Below are positions 8,275 to 15,709 of a DNA stretch of 15,928 bases, piece after piece. This DNA comes from a virus (lineage: Duplodnaviria > Heunggongvirae > Uroviricota > Caudoviricetes): the IMG/VR virus record IMGVR_UViG_3300045988_076720, positions 1 through 15,928 of that record. One strand, written 5' to 3'. A model generated the notes under the pieces. It was not told the DNA's origin. It worked only from the letters and a program-made list of their open reading frames with translations, and ran no database searches. The first letter of the stretch is position 1. Every line of letters begins with the position of its first letter. A program made the translations under genes and the position numbers.

Positions 8275-8648
8275 TACCAGCCCTTAGCGAAAAACGCACC
8301 ACCTTCAAGACCATAATTGCAGTGAGCTATGAAGCCGGTAGTGCTCCAGTTGGTCGCCCCCCACATATTCCCGCCCCCGAAACCACCATCGCACACAATT
8401 ACAATGCCCGGTGTCTGTGTAAATGGAATCGGGAATGAAACATTGGCGGATACAGGCCCGTGTTCACCAGGAAAACTAATTCGTCCCCACTGTTCAATTG
8501 AACCATCTGGCATTTTTCGCCAGCCTGAACCTGATGCATATGATGACATATCAGGTATCTGATTTTCCCCTGTTCCCACATTCCGTTTTGCCGCTTCTCC
8601 CAAACCAACGTTTATGAAAATGCAGAGATAACGGGCAACTGGCATCAT
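8274..8648 (-). CDS. alternative tail-fiber C-terminal cassette (Hv'/Sv'-like); functional part is 8274-8606, expressed only as an H fusion after inversion
   Basis: - strand ORF whose segment after the crossover ([35 protein letters not shown]...) is Gly-rich fiber-tip-like; it contains the same GLGE codons (ggt ttg gga gaa) as H at the crossover, in frame. The ATG at 8648 lies outside the segment and is probably not a real start. Confidence 0.7.
   Translation of the reverse strand: MMPVARYLCIFINVGLGEAAKRNVGTGENQIPDMSSYASGSGWRKMPDGSIEQWGRISFPGEHGPVSANVSFPIPFTQTPGIVIVCDGGFGGGNMWGATNWSTTGFIAHCNYGLEGGAFFAKGW
8595..8620. repeat. hix/gix-like 26-bp inversion crossover site, right (inverted relative to 6748-6773)
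   Basis: TTCTCCCAAACC-AA-CGTTTATGAAAA; its reverse complement shares the 15-bp block TTGGTTTGGGAGAAG with the H site; lies ~55 bp upstream of the invertase start. Confidence 0.7.
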
Positions 8649-8675
8649 CTCCGGTTTTTATTCAGGGGGATGCTC

Positions 8676-9269
8676 ATGCTTATTGGCTATGTACGCGTGT
8701 CAACAAATGACCAGAACACGGAATTGCAGCGTAATGCGCTGGAGTGTGCAGGATGTGAGCTGATTTTTGAGGATAAAATCAGCGGCACGAAGTCTGACCG
8801 ACCGGGACTGAAAAAACTGCTCAGAACATTATCAGCAGGTGACACTCTGGTAGTCTGGAAGCTGGACAGGCTGGGGCGTAGTATGCGGCATCTGGTCATT
8901 CTGGTTGAGGAACTGCGCGAACGCGGCGTTAATTTTCGCAGCCTGACAGATGCTATTGATACCAGCACGCCGATGGGGCGTTTTTTCTTTCATGTGATGG
9001 GTGCCCTGGCTGAAATGGAACGAGAACTCATTGTCGAGCGGACACGCGCCGGACTGGAAGCGGCCAGAGCTAAAGGTCGTATTGGTGGCAGACGTCCGAA
9101 GCTCACCGCGAGTGAGTGGGAACAGGCAGGACGGTTGCTGGCTGCGGGTGAATCACGTCAACGCGTGGCGCTGATTTTTGATATTGGCCTGTCCACGCTC
9201 TATAAAAAATTCCCCTCATCAGCGACAAAGAATAAATTGTGTCATCCCTTAGCCAACCGGGACAAATAG
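8676..9269 (+). CDS. serine DNA invertase (Gin/Hin/Cin/Pin family site-specific recombinase)
   Basis: N-terminus MLIGYVRVSTNDQNTELQRNAL... with catalytic-Ser motif, VVWKLDRLGRS, GRFFFHVMGALAEMERELIVERT and a C-terminal HTH (GRIGGRRPKLT...LSTLYKK) are hallmark invertase sequences. ORF track starts at 8670 (MLMLIGY...); the ATG at 8676 has better spacing from the GGGGG Shine-Dalgarno-like run. Confidence 0.93.
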   Translation: MLIGYVRVSTNDQNTELQRNALECAGCELIFEDKISGTKSDRPGLKKLLRTLSAGDTLVVWKLDRLGRSMRHLVILVEELRERGVNFRSLTDAIDTSTPMGRFFFHVMGALAEMERELIVERTRAGLEAARAKGRIGGRRPKLTASEWEQAGRLLAAGESRQRVALIFDIGLSTLYKKFPSSATKNKLCHPLANRDK

Positions 9270-9328
9270 CCTGACATCTCCGGCACAACTGAAAATATCA
9301 CTCACCCATTAACCACGGAGTTAAACGG

Positions 9329-10519
9329 ATGAGTGACTATCATCACGGCGTGCAGGTGCTGGAGATTAACGACGGCACCCGCGTCATTTCCACCGTATCC
9401 ACTGCCATTGTCGGCATGGTCTGCACGGCCAGCGATGCGGATGCGGAAACCTTCCCCCTCAATAAACCGGTGCTGATTACCAATGTGCAGAGCGCAATTG
9501 CAAAGGCCGGTAAAAAAGGCACGCTGGCGGCATCGTTGCAGGCTATCGCTGACCAGTCAAAACCGGTCACCGTTGTTGTGCGTGTGGAAGACGGCACCGG
9601 CGACGACGAGGAAACGAAACTTGCGCAGACCGTTTCCAATATCATCGGCACCACCGACGAAAACGGTCAGTACACCGGACTGAAAGCCCTGCTGGCGGCA
9701 GAGTCGGTAACCGGTGTTAAACCGCGTATTCTCGGTGTGCCGGGACTGGACACCAAAGAGGTGGCTGTTGCACTGGCATCCGTCTGTCAGAAGCTGCGCG
9801 CTTTCGGGTATATCAGCGCATGGGGCTGTAAAACCATTTCCGAGGTGAAAGCCTACCGCCAGAATTTCAGCCAGCGTGAGCTTATGGTCATCTGGCCGGA
9901 TTTCCTCGCATGGGATACGGTCGCCAGTACCACCGCCACCGCGTATGCCTCCGCCCGTGCGCTGGGTCTGCGCGCTAAAATCGACCAGGAGCAGGGCTGG
10001 CATAAAACGCTGTCCAACGTCGGGGTGAACGGTGTTACCGGCATCAGCGCGTCCGTATTCTGGGATTTGCAGGAGTCCGGCACCGATGCTGACCTGCTTA
10101 ACGAGTCAGGCGTCACAACGCTGATTCGCCGTGACGGTTTCCGCTTCTGGGGTAACCGTACCTGCTCTGATGACCCGCTGTTCCTCTTTGAAAACTACAC
10201 CCGCACCGCGCAGGTGCTGGCCGACACGATGGCTGAGGCGCACATGTGGGCGGTGGACAAGCCCATCACCGCAACGCTGATTCGCGACATCGTTGACGGC
10301 ATCAATGCCAAATTCCGTGAGTTGAAAACAAACGGCTATATCGTGGATGCGACCTGCTGGTTCAGCGAAGAATCCAACGATGCGGAAACCCTCAAGGCCG
10401 GAAAACTGTATATCGACTACGACTATACACCGGTACCTCCTCTTGAAAACCTGACCCTGCGCCAGCGTATTACCGATAAATACCTGGCAAATCTGGTCAC
10501 CTCGGTTAACAGCAATTAA
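9329..10519 (+). CDS. FI: contractile tail sheath protein
   Basis: 396-aa ORF MSDYHHGVQVLEINDGTRVISTVSTAIVGMV... matching P2 FI in sequence and length. Confidence 0.92.
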   Translation: MSDYHHGVQVLEINDGTRVISTVSTAIVGMVCTASDADAETFPLNKPVLITNVQSAIAKAGKKGTLAASLQAIADQSKPVTVVVRVEDGTGDDEETKLAQTVSNIIGTTDENGQYTGLKALLAAESVTGVKPRILGVPGLDTKEVAVALASVCQKLRAFGYISAWGCKTISEVKAYRQNFSQRELMVIWPDFLAWDTVASTTATAYASARALGLRAKIDQEQGWHKTLSNVGVNGVTGISASVFWDLQESGTDADLLNESGVTTLIRRDGFRFWGNRTCSDDPLFLFENYTRTAQVLADTMAEAHMWAVDKPITATLIRDIVDGINAKFRELKTNGYIVDATCWFSEESNDAETLKAGKLYIDYDYTPVPPLENLTLRQRITDKYLANLVTSVNSN

Positions 10520-10531
10520 GGAGCCTGACCG

Positions 10532-11047
10532 ATGGCAATGCCGCGCAAACTCAAGTTAATGAACGTCTTTCTGAACGGCTACAGCTATCAGGGCGTCGCG
10601 AAGTCCGTCACGCTACCAAAACTGACCCGTAAGCTCGAAAACTATCGCGGTGCGGGGATGAACGGCAGCGCACCGGTAGACCTCGGCCTTGATGACGATG
10701 CGCTGTCAATGGAGTGGTCGCTCGGTGGCTTCCCGGATTCGGTTATCTGGGAGCTTTACGCCGCAACCGGTGTGGATGCCGTACCGATTCGTTTTGCAGG
10801 TTCTTACCAGCGCGACGATACCGGCGAAACGGTGGCCGTCGAGGTGGTCATGCGTGGACGTCAGAAAGAAATCGACACCGGCGAGGGCAAACAGGGAGAA
10901 GACACCGAGTCGAAAATCTCCGTGGTCTGCACCTATTTCCGGCTGACGATGGACGGTAAGGAGCTGGTCGAAATCGACATCAACATGATTGAGAAGGTGA
11001 ACGGCGTCGACCGGCTGGAGCAACACCGCCGCAATATCGGCCTGTGA
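10532..11047 (+). CDS. FII: tail tube protein
   Basis: 171-aa ORF MAMPRKLKLMNVFLNGYSYQGVAKSVTLPKL... matching P2 FII; GGAG RBS upstream. Confidence 0.92.
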   Translation: MAMPRKLKLMNVFLNGYSYQGVAKSVTLPKLTRKLENYRGAGMNGSAPVDLGLDDDALSMEWSLGGFPDSVIWELYAATGVDAVPIRFAGSYQRDDTGETVAVEVVMRGRQKEIDTGEGKQGEDTESKISVVCTYFRLTMDGKELVEIDINMIEKVNGVDRLEQHRRNIGL

Positions 11048-11054
11048 TTTTCAT

Positions 11055-11075
11055 CCGGTCAGCCTGGCTGACCGG
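11055..11075 (+). other. perfect palindrome / predicted RNA hairpin in the FII-E intergenic region
   Basis: CCGGTCAGC-CTG-GCTGACCGG: 9-bp perfect stem with 3-nt loop, seen directly in sequence; followed by TTAACCCC, so no U-tract. Confidence 0.5.
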
Positions 11076-11103
11076 TTAACCCCGATTCAGAAGTGAGAAA
11101 ACC

Positions 11104-11379
11104 ATGAACAAAGAAAACGTCATTACCCTGGACAATCCGGTCAAACGTGGTGAGCAGGTTATCGAACAGGTCACGCTGATGAAACCCAATGCCGGGACGC
11201 TGCGCGGTGTCAGTCTGGCTGCGGTCGCAAACTCCGAAGTCGATGCACTGATTAAAGTGCTGCCGCGCATGACGGCACCGATGCTGACCGAGCAGGAGGT
11301 CGCCGCGCTGGAACTGCCTGACCTTGTGGCGCTGGCCGGTAAGGTGGTCGGTTTTTTGTCGCCGAACTCGGTGCAGTGA
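11104..11379 (+). CDS. E: tail assembly chaperone E
   Basis: 91-aa ORF MNKENVITLDNPVKRGEQVIEQVTLMKPNAG... matching P2 gpE; slippery heptamer near its 3' end. Confidence 0.9.
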   Translation: MNKENVITLDNPVKRGEQVIEQVTLMKPNAGTLRGVSLAAVANSEVDALIKVLPRMTAPMLTEQEVAALELPDLVALAGKVVGFLSPNSVQ

Positions 11380-11531
11380 CGTTTCCGAAAAATCTGTCGG
11401 TCGATGACCTGATGGCGGATGTGGCAGTGATATTTCACTGGCCGCCATCAGAACTGTATCCCATGAGCCTGACCGAACTCATCACATGGCGCGAAAAGGC
11501 GCTCCGGCGAAGCGGAAACACGAATGAGTAA
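11104..11531 (+). CDS. E+E': tail assembly chaperone E+E' produced by programmed -1 ribosomal frameshift at 11352-11358
   Basis: Slippery heptamer T-TTT-TTG in the E frame; the -1 frame is open from 11358 to TAA at 11529-11531 (checked codon by codon), giving 85 + 57 = 142 aa; overlaps the T start, as in P2. Confidence 0.8.
11352..11358 (+). other. -1 programmed frameshift slippery site (TTTTTTG)
   Basis: X-XXY-YYZ heptamer in the zero frame of E (codons TTT TTG at 11353-11358). Confidence 0.8.
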
Positions 11532-12252
11532 CAATGTAAAATTACAGGTATTGCTCAGGGCTGTTGACCAGGCATCCCGTCCGTTTAAATCCATCCGCAC
11601 AGCGAGCAAATCGCTGTCGGGGGATATCCGGGAAACACAAAAATCACTGCGCGAGCTGAACGGTCAGGCATCCCGTATTGAGGGATTTCGCAAGACCAGT
11701 GCACAGCTCGCCGTGACTGGTCATGCACTTGAAAAGGCACGGCAGGAGGCCGAAGCCCTTGCCACACAGTTTAAAAACACCGAACGTCCGACCCGTGCTC
11801 AGGCGAAAGTGCTGGAATCCGCAAAGCGTGCGGCGGAGGACTTACAGGCGAAATATAACCGCCTGACGGATTCCGTTAAACGCCAGCAGCGGGAACTGGC
11901 CGCTGTGGGAATTAATACCCGCAATCTTGCACATGATGAGCAGGGACTGAAAAACCGTATCAGTGAAACCACTGCACAGCTTAACCGTCAGCGTGACGCG
12001 CTGGCGCGTGTCAGTGCGCAACAGGCAAAACTTAACGCAGTAAAACAGCGTTATCAGGCAGGCAAGGAACTGGCCGGAAATATGGCCTCAGTGGGCGCTG
12101 CCGGTGTGGGGATTGCGGCGGCGGGAACGATGGCCGGAGTTAAGTTGCTGATGCCCGGTTATGAGTTTGCGCAGAAAAACTCAGAATTGCAGGCTGTGCT
12201 CGGAGTGGCAAAAGACTCCGCCGAAATGACCGCACTACGCAAACAGGCGTGA
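11524..12252 (+). CDS. T: tail tape measure protein T, N-terminal portion ending at an in-frame TGA
   Basis: 242-aa ORF MSNNVKLQVLLRAVDQASRPFKSIRTAS..., coiled-coil-like and Ala/Gln/Arg-rich; same frame as the 12370-13971 ORF. Confidence 0.85.
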   Translation: MSNNVKLQVLLRAVDQASRPFKSIRTASKSLSGDIRETQKSLRELNGQASRIEGFRKTSAQLAVTGHALEKARQEAEALATQFKNTERPTRAQAKVLESAKRAAEDLQAKYNRLTDSVKRQQRELAAVGINTRNLAHDEQGLKNRISETTAQLNRQRDALARVSAQQAKLNAVKQRYQAGKELAGNMASVGAAGVGIAAAGTMAGVKLLMPGYEFAQKNSELQAVLGVAKDSAEMTALRKQA

Positions 12253-12369
12253 CAGCTCGGGGCCAATACCGCCGCTTCGGCGGATGATGCGGCCGGTGCA
12301 CAGATAATCATCGCGAAAGCGGGTGGGGATGTTGATGCCATTCAGGCGGCAACGCCGGTCACGCTGAAT

Positions 12370-13971
12370 ATGGCGCTGGCGAACCGCCGCACGATGGAAG
12401 AAAACGCCGCCCTGCTGATGGGGATGAAATCCGCCTTTCAGCTTTCAAACGATAAGGTCGCTCATATCGGGGATGTTCTCTCCATGACGATGAACAAAAC
12501 CGCCGCCGATTTTGACGGCATGAGCGATGCCTTGACCTATGCCGCACCTGTGGCAAAAAATGCCGGTGTCAGCATTGAAGAAACCGCCGCAATGGTCGGG
12601 GCGCTGCATGATGCAAAAATCACAGGCTCAATGGCGGGGACGGGAAGCCGTGCCGTGTTAAGCCGCCTGCAGGCACCGACGGGAAAAGCATGGGATGCAC
12701 TCAAAGAGCTTGGAGTGAAAACCTCAGACAGCAAGGGAAACACCCGGCCAATATTTACCATTCTGAAAGAAATGCAGGCCAGTTTTGAGAAAAACCGGCT
12801 CGGTACTGCCCAGCAGGCTGAATACATGAAAACCATTTTCGGGGAGGAGGCCAGCTCAGCCGCCGCTGTGCTGATGACTGCCGCCTCAACCGGAAAGCTG
12901 GACAAACTGACCGCTGCGTTTAAAGCCTCAGACGGGAAGACCGCAGAGCTGGTAAATATCATGCAGGACAACCTCGGTGGTGACTTTAAGGAGTTTCAGT
13001 CCGCTTATGAGGCGGTGGGGACTGACCTGTTTGACCAGCAGGAAGGCGCACTGCGTAATCTCACGCAGACGGCCACAAAGTATGTGTTAAAACTCGACGG
13101 CTGGATCCAGAAAAACAAATCACTGGCGTCAACCATCGGCATCATTGTCGGTGGTGCACTGGCACTGACTGGTGTCATCGGTGCCATTGGCCTCGTAGCC
13201 TGGCCGGTTATCACCGGCATTAATGCCATCATCGCGGCAGCAGGCGCAATGGGTGCAATCTTCACGACGGTTGGCAGTGCTGTTATAACCGCCATCGGGG
13301 CGATTAGCTGGCCGGTTGTGGCCGTGGTGGCCGCCATTGTCGCCGGGGCGTTGCTTATCCGTAAATACTGGGAGCCTGTCAGCGCATTCTTTGGCGGTGT
13401 GGTGGAAGGGCTGAAAGCGGCATTTGCGCCGGTGGGGGAACTGTTCACGCCACTTAAACCGGTGTTTGACTGGCTGGGTGAAAAGTTACAGGCCGCGTGG
13501 CAGTGGTTTAAAAACCTGATTGCCCCGGTCAAAGCCACCCAGGACACCCTGAACCGTTGCCGTGACACGGGGGTCATGTTCGGGCAGGCACTGGCTGACG
13601 CGCTGATGCTGCCGCTTAATGCGTTCAACAAACTGCGCAGTGGTATTGACTGGGTACTGGAAAAACTCGGTGTTATCAACAAAGAGTCAGACACACTTGA
13701 CCAGACCGCCGCAAGGACTCATGCCGCCACGTATGGCACCGGTGGTTATATTCCGGCGACCAGCTCTTATGCAGGCTATCAGGCTTATCAGCCGGTTACG
13801 GCACCGGCTGGCCGCTCTTATGTGGACCAGAGTAAAAACGAATATCACATCAGTCTGACGGGCGGTACTGCGCCGGGGACTCAGCTCGACCGCCAGTTAC
13901 AGGATGCGCTCGAAAAATACGAGCGGGATAAACGTGCGCGCGCCCGTGCCAGCATGATGCATGACGGTTAA
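12370..13971 (+). CDS. T: tail tape measure protein T, C-terminal portion (first ATG after the internal stop; frame is open from 12253)
   Basis: 533-aa ORF with Gly/Ala-rich hydrophobic repeats (IGIIVGGALALTGVIGAIGLVAWPVITGINAIIAAAGAMGAI...) typical of tape measure proteins; same frame as 11524-12252. Confidence 0.85.
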   Translation: MALANRRTMEENAALLMGMKSAFQLSNDKVAHIGDVLSMTMNKTAADFDGMSDALTYAAPVAKNAGVSIEETAAMVGALHDAKITGSMAGTGSRAVLSRLQAPTGKAWDALKELGVKTSDSKGNTRPIFTILKEMQASFEKNRLGTAQQAEYMKTIFGEEASSAAAVLMTAASTGKLDKLTAAFKASDGKTAELVNIMQDNLGGDFKEFQSAYEAVGTDLFDQQEGALRNLTQTATKYVLKLDGWIQKNKSLASTIGIIVGGALALTGVIGAIGLVAWPVITGINAIIAAAGAMGAIFTTVGSAVITAIGAISWPVVAVVAAIVAGALLIRKYWEPVSAFFGGVVEGLKAAFAPVGELFTPLKPVFDWLGEKLQAAWQWFKNLIAPVKATQDTLNRCRDTGVMFGQALADALMLPLNAFNKLRSGIDWVLEKLGVINKESDTLDQTAARTHAATYGTGGYIPATSSYAGYQAYQPVTAPAGRSYVDQSKNEYHISLTGGTAPGTQLDRQLQDALEKYERDKRARARASMMHDG

Positions 13972-13985
13972 GGAGGTGACGAAAA

Positions 13986-14465
13986 ATGATGCTCGCGTTA
14001 GGTATGTTTGTTTTTATGCGCCAGACGCTGCCACACCAGACCATGCAGCGCGAATCAGATTATCGCTGGCCGTCAAATTCCCGTATCGGTAAACGGGATG
14101 CCTTTCAGTTTCTCGGTGTGGGTGAGGAAAACATGACGCTTGCCGGTGTGCTTTATCCCGAACTGACCGGCGGAAAGCTGACGATGACCACGCTCAGGCT
14201 GATGGCAGAGGAAGGCCGGGCGTGGCCGTTGCTGGATGGCACCGGCATGATTTACGGCATGTATGTCATCAGCAGGGTGAGTGAAACAGGGAGTATTTTC
14301 TTTGCAGACGGCACACCCCGGAAAATTGATTTTACGCTGTCACTTACCCGCGTTGATGAATCACTGGCCGCGCTTTATGGCGATATCGGTAAACAGGCGG
14401 AATCGCTCATCGGTAAGGCGGGCAGTATGGCAACTAAATTCACGGGTATGACGGGGGCGGGATAA
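13986..14465 (+). CDS. U: tail protein U
   Basis: 159-aa ORF MMLALGMFVFMRQTLPHQTMQRESDYRWPSNS... matching P2 gpU; GGAGGTGA RBS upstream. Confidence 0.9.
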   Translation: MMLALGMFVFMRQTLPHQTMQRESDYRWPSNSRIGKRDAFQFLGVGEENMTLAGVLYPELTGGKLTMTTLRLMAEEGRAWPLLDGTGMIYGMYVISRVSETGSIFFADGTPRKIDFTLSLTRVDESLAALYGDIGKQAESLIGKAGSMATKFTGMTGAG

Positions 14466-15628
14466 TGCTGGATACGCTGACATTTGATGCAGGCAGTACG
14501 CTGACGCCGGATTACATGCTGATGCTCGACAGCAGGGATATTACCGGCAATATCAGCGACCGTCTGATGAGCATGACCCTGACGGATAACCGGGGCTTTG
14601 AGGCTGACCAGCTTGATATTGAACTGAACGATGCCGACGGGCAGGTCGGGCTGCCGGTTCGTGGCGCTGTCCTGACGGTGTATATCGGCTGGAAAGGTTT
14701 TGCCCTGGTATGCAAAGGGAAATTTACCGTTGATGAGGTTGAACACCGGGGCGCGCCGGATGTGGTCACCATCCGTGCCCGGAGTGCAGATTTTCGCGGG
14801 ACGCTCAATTCCCGCCGGGAAGGCTCATGGCATGACACCACGCTCGGTGCGATTGTTGAGGCGATAGCCTCCCGTAACAGGCTGGAAGCCAGTGTCGCTC
14901 CGTCACTGGCCGGAATTAAAATTCCGCACATCGACCAGTCGCAGGAGTCTGATGCGAAATTCCTGACCCGTCTTGCAGAACGCAACGGCGGTGAGGTCTC
15001 GGTAAAAATGGGAAAACTGTTGTTTCTCAAAGCGGGGCAGGGGGTGACGGCCAGCGGTAAAAAAATCCCGCAGGTCACCATAACCCGCAGCGACGGCGAC
15101 CGCCACCATTTTGCGATTGCTGACCGTGGAGCCTATACCGGCGTAACGGCAAAGTGGCTTCACACCAAAGACCCGAAGCCGCAAAAGCAGAAGGTAAAAC
15201 TGAAACGCAAAAAGAAAGAAAAACACCTGCGCGCACTGGAGCACCCCAAAGCGAAACCGGTCAGGCAGAAGAAAGCGCCAAAAGTACCGGAAGCGCGCGA
15301 AGGTGAATACATGGCCGGTGAGGCTGACAACGTTTTTGCCCTGACCACGGTATATGCCACGAAAGCGCAGGCCATGCGCGCCGCTCAGGCGAAGTGGGAT
15401 AAACTGCAACGGGGCGTAGCGGAGTTCTCCATCAGTCTGGCTACTGGTCGGGCAGATATTTACACGGAAACGCCGGTCAAAGTATCAGGCTTTAAGCGCG
15501 TCATAGACGAGCAGGACTGGACAATCACTAAGGTGACACATTTTCTGAATAATAGCGGCTTCACGACGTCCTTAGAGCTTGAGGTCAGGCTTTCTGATGT
15601 GGAGTACGAAACAGAAGATGATGAGTGA
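14465..15628 (+). CDS. D: tail protein D
   Basis: 387-aa ORF MLDTLTFDAGSTLTPDYMLMLDSRDITGNISDRLMSM... matching P2 gpD; start overlaps the U stop (TAATG). Confidence 0.9.
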   Translation: MLDTLTFDAGSTLTPDYMLMLDSRDITGNISDRLMSMTLTDNRGFEADQLDIELNDADGQVGLPVRGAVLTVYIGWKGFALVCKGKFTVDEVEHRGAPDVVTIRARSADFRGTLNSRREGSWHDTTLGAIVEAIASRNRLEASVAPSLAGIKIPHIDQSQESDAKFLTRLAERNGGEVSVKMGKLLFLKAGQGVTASGKKIPQVTITRSDGDRHHFAIADRGAYTGVTAKWLHTKDPKPQKQKVKLKRKKKEKHLRALEHPKAKPVRQKKAPKVPEAREGEYMAGEADNVFALTTVYATKAQAMRAAQAKWDKLQRGVAEFSISLATGRADIYTETPVKVSGFKRVIDEQDWTITKVTHFLNNSGFTTSLELEVRLSDVEYETEDDE

Positions 15629-15709
15629 TGTGTTTTATTTATCTGTTTGTTTTATAAGGATAAATTAACTAAAATGGCACCATCAACAAAACCGGAAGAG
15701 GTGCTCGCG

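Larger units (their letters stand above)
6762..8606. other. invertible tail-fiber segment (~1.85 kb, G-segment-like) carrying Hv + G (+ strand) and G' + Hv' (- strand)
   Basis: Bounded by inverted crossover sites 6748-6773 and 8595-8620, with a serine invertase gene immediately outside the right boundary; both orientations give an in-frame fiber fusion (worked out by hand). Confidence 0.75.
11524..13971 (+). pseudogene. T: tape measure gene T as a single 816-codon frame interrupted by one in-frame opal codon (12250-12252)
   Basis: Hand translation across the stop gives ...TALRKQA*QLGANTAASADDAAGAQIIIAKAGGDVDAIQAATPVTLNMALANRR... with no other stop; (13971-11524+1)/3 = 816 codons, the length I recall for P2 gpT (815 aa plus stop). 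Confidence 0.55.

Noticed and set aside
6773-8594. Additional crossover sites inside the invertible segment (multi-inversion shufflon)
   Set aside because: By eye I found no further copies of the TTGGTTTGGGAGAA / TTCTCCCAAACCAA core between the two sites; a proper motif scan would be needed to be sure.
8607-8648. ATG at 8648 as an independent start for the - strand fiber cassette
   Set aside because: The codons between 8648 and the crossover site lie outside the invertible segment and over the inversion site/invertase upstream region; by analogy with Mu/P1 the cassette is expressed only as a fusion to the H N-terminus after inversion.
8670-8675. Invertase start at the first ATG (MLMLIGY...)
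   Set aside because: The GGGGG run abuts this ATG with no spacer; the ATG at 8676 gives the MLIGYVRVS N-terminus typical of Gin/Hin-type invertases with ~6-nt spacing. Not fully excluded.
9230-9328. TGT ... ACA dyad upstream of FI as an Ogr operator
   Set aside because: The only TGT/ACA pairs found (TGT 9238-9242, ACA 9262-9264) are ~19 nt apart and overlap the invertase 3' end; this fits neither N10 nor N12 spacing, so no site is called.
11055-11075. Calling the FII-E palindrome a rho-independent terminator
   Set aside because: The stem is followed by TTAACCCCGATTC rather than a U-tract, and the downstream genes E-T-U-D must be expressed; recorded only as a hairpin of unknown function.
12253-12369. 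Treating the gap between the two T ORFs as intergenic, or the two ORFs as separate genes
   Set aside because: The gap is open in the same frame as both flanking ORFs and the combined length equals a single tape-measure gene; one internal stop explains it better than two genes.
15647-15709. Upstream in-frame ATG giving a 93-aa Ogr ORF
   Set aside because: The N-terminal extension (MFYKDKLTKMAPSTKPEEVLA) lies in the AT-rich leader with no Shine-Dalgarno sequence; the ATG at 15710 has a GGAAGAGG RBS and gives the canonical 72-aa Ogr.
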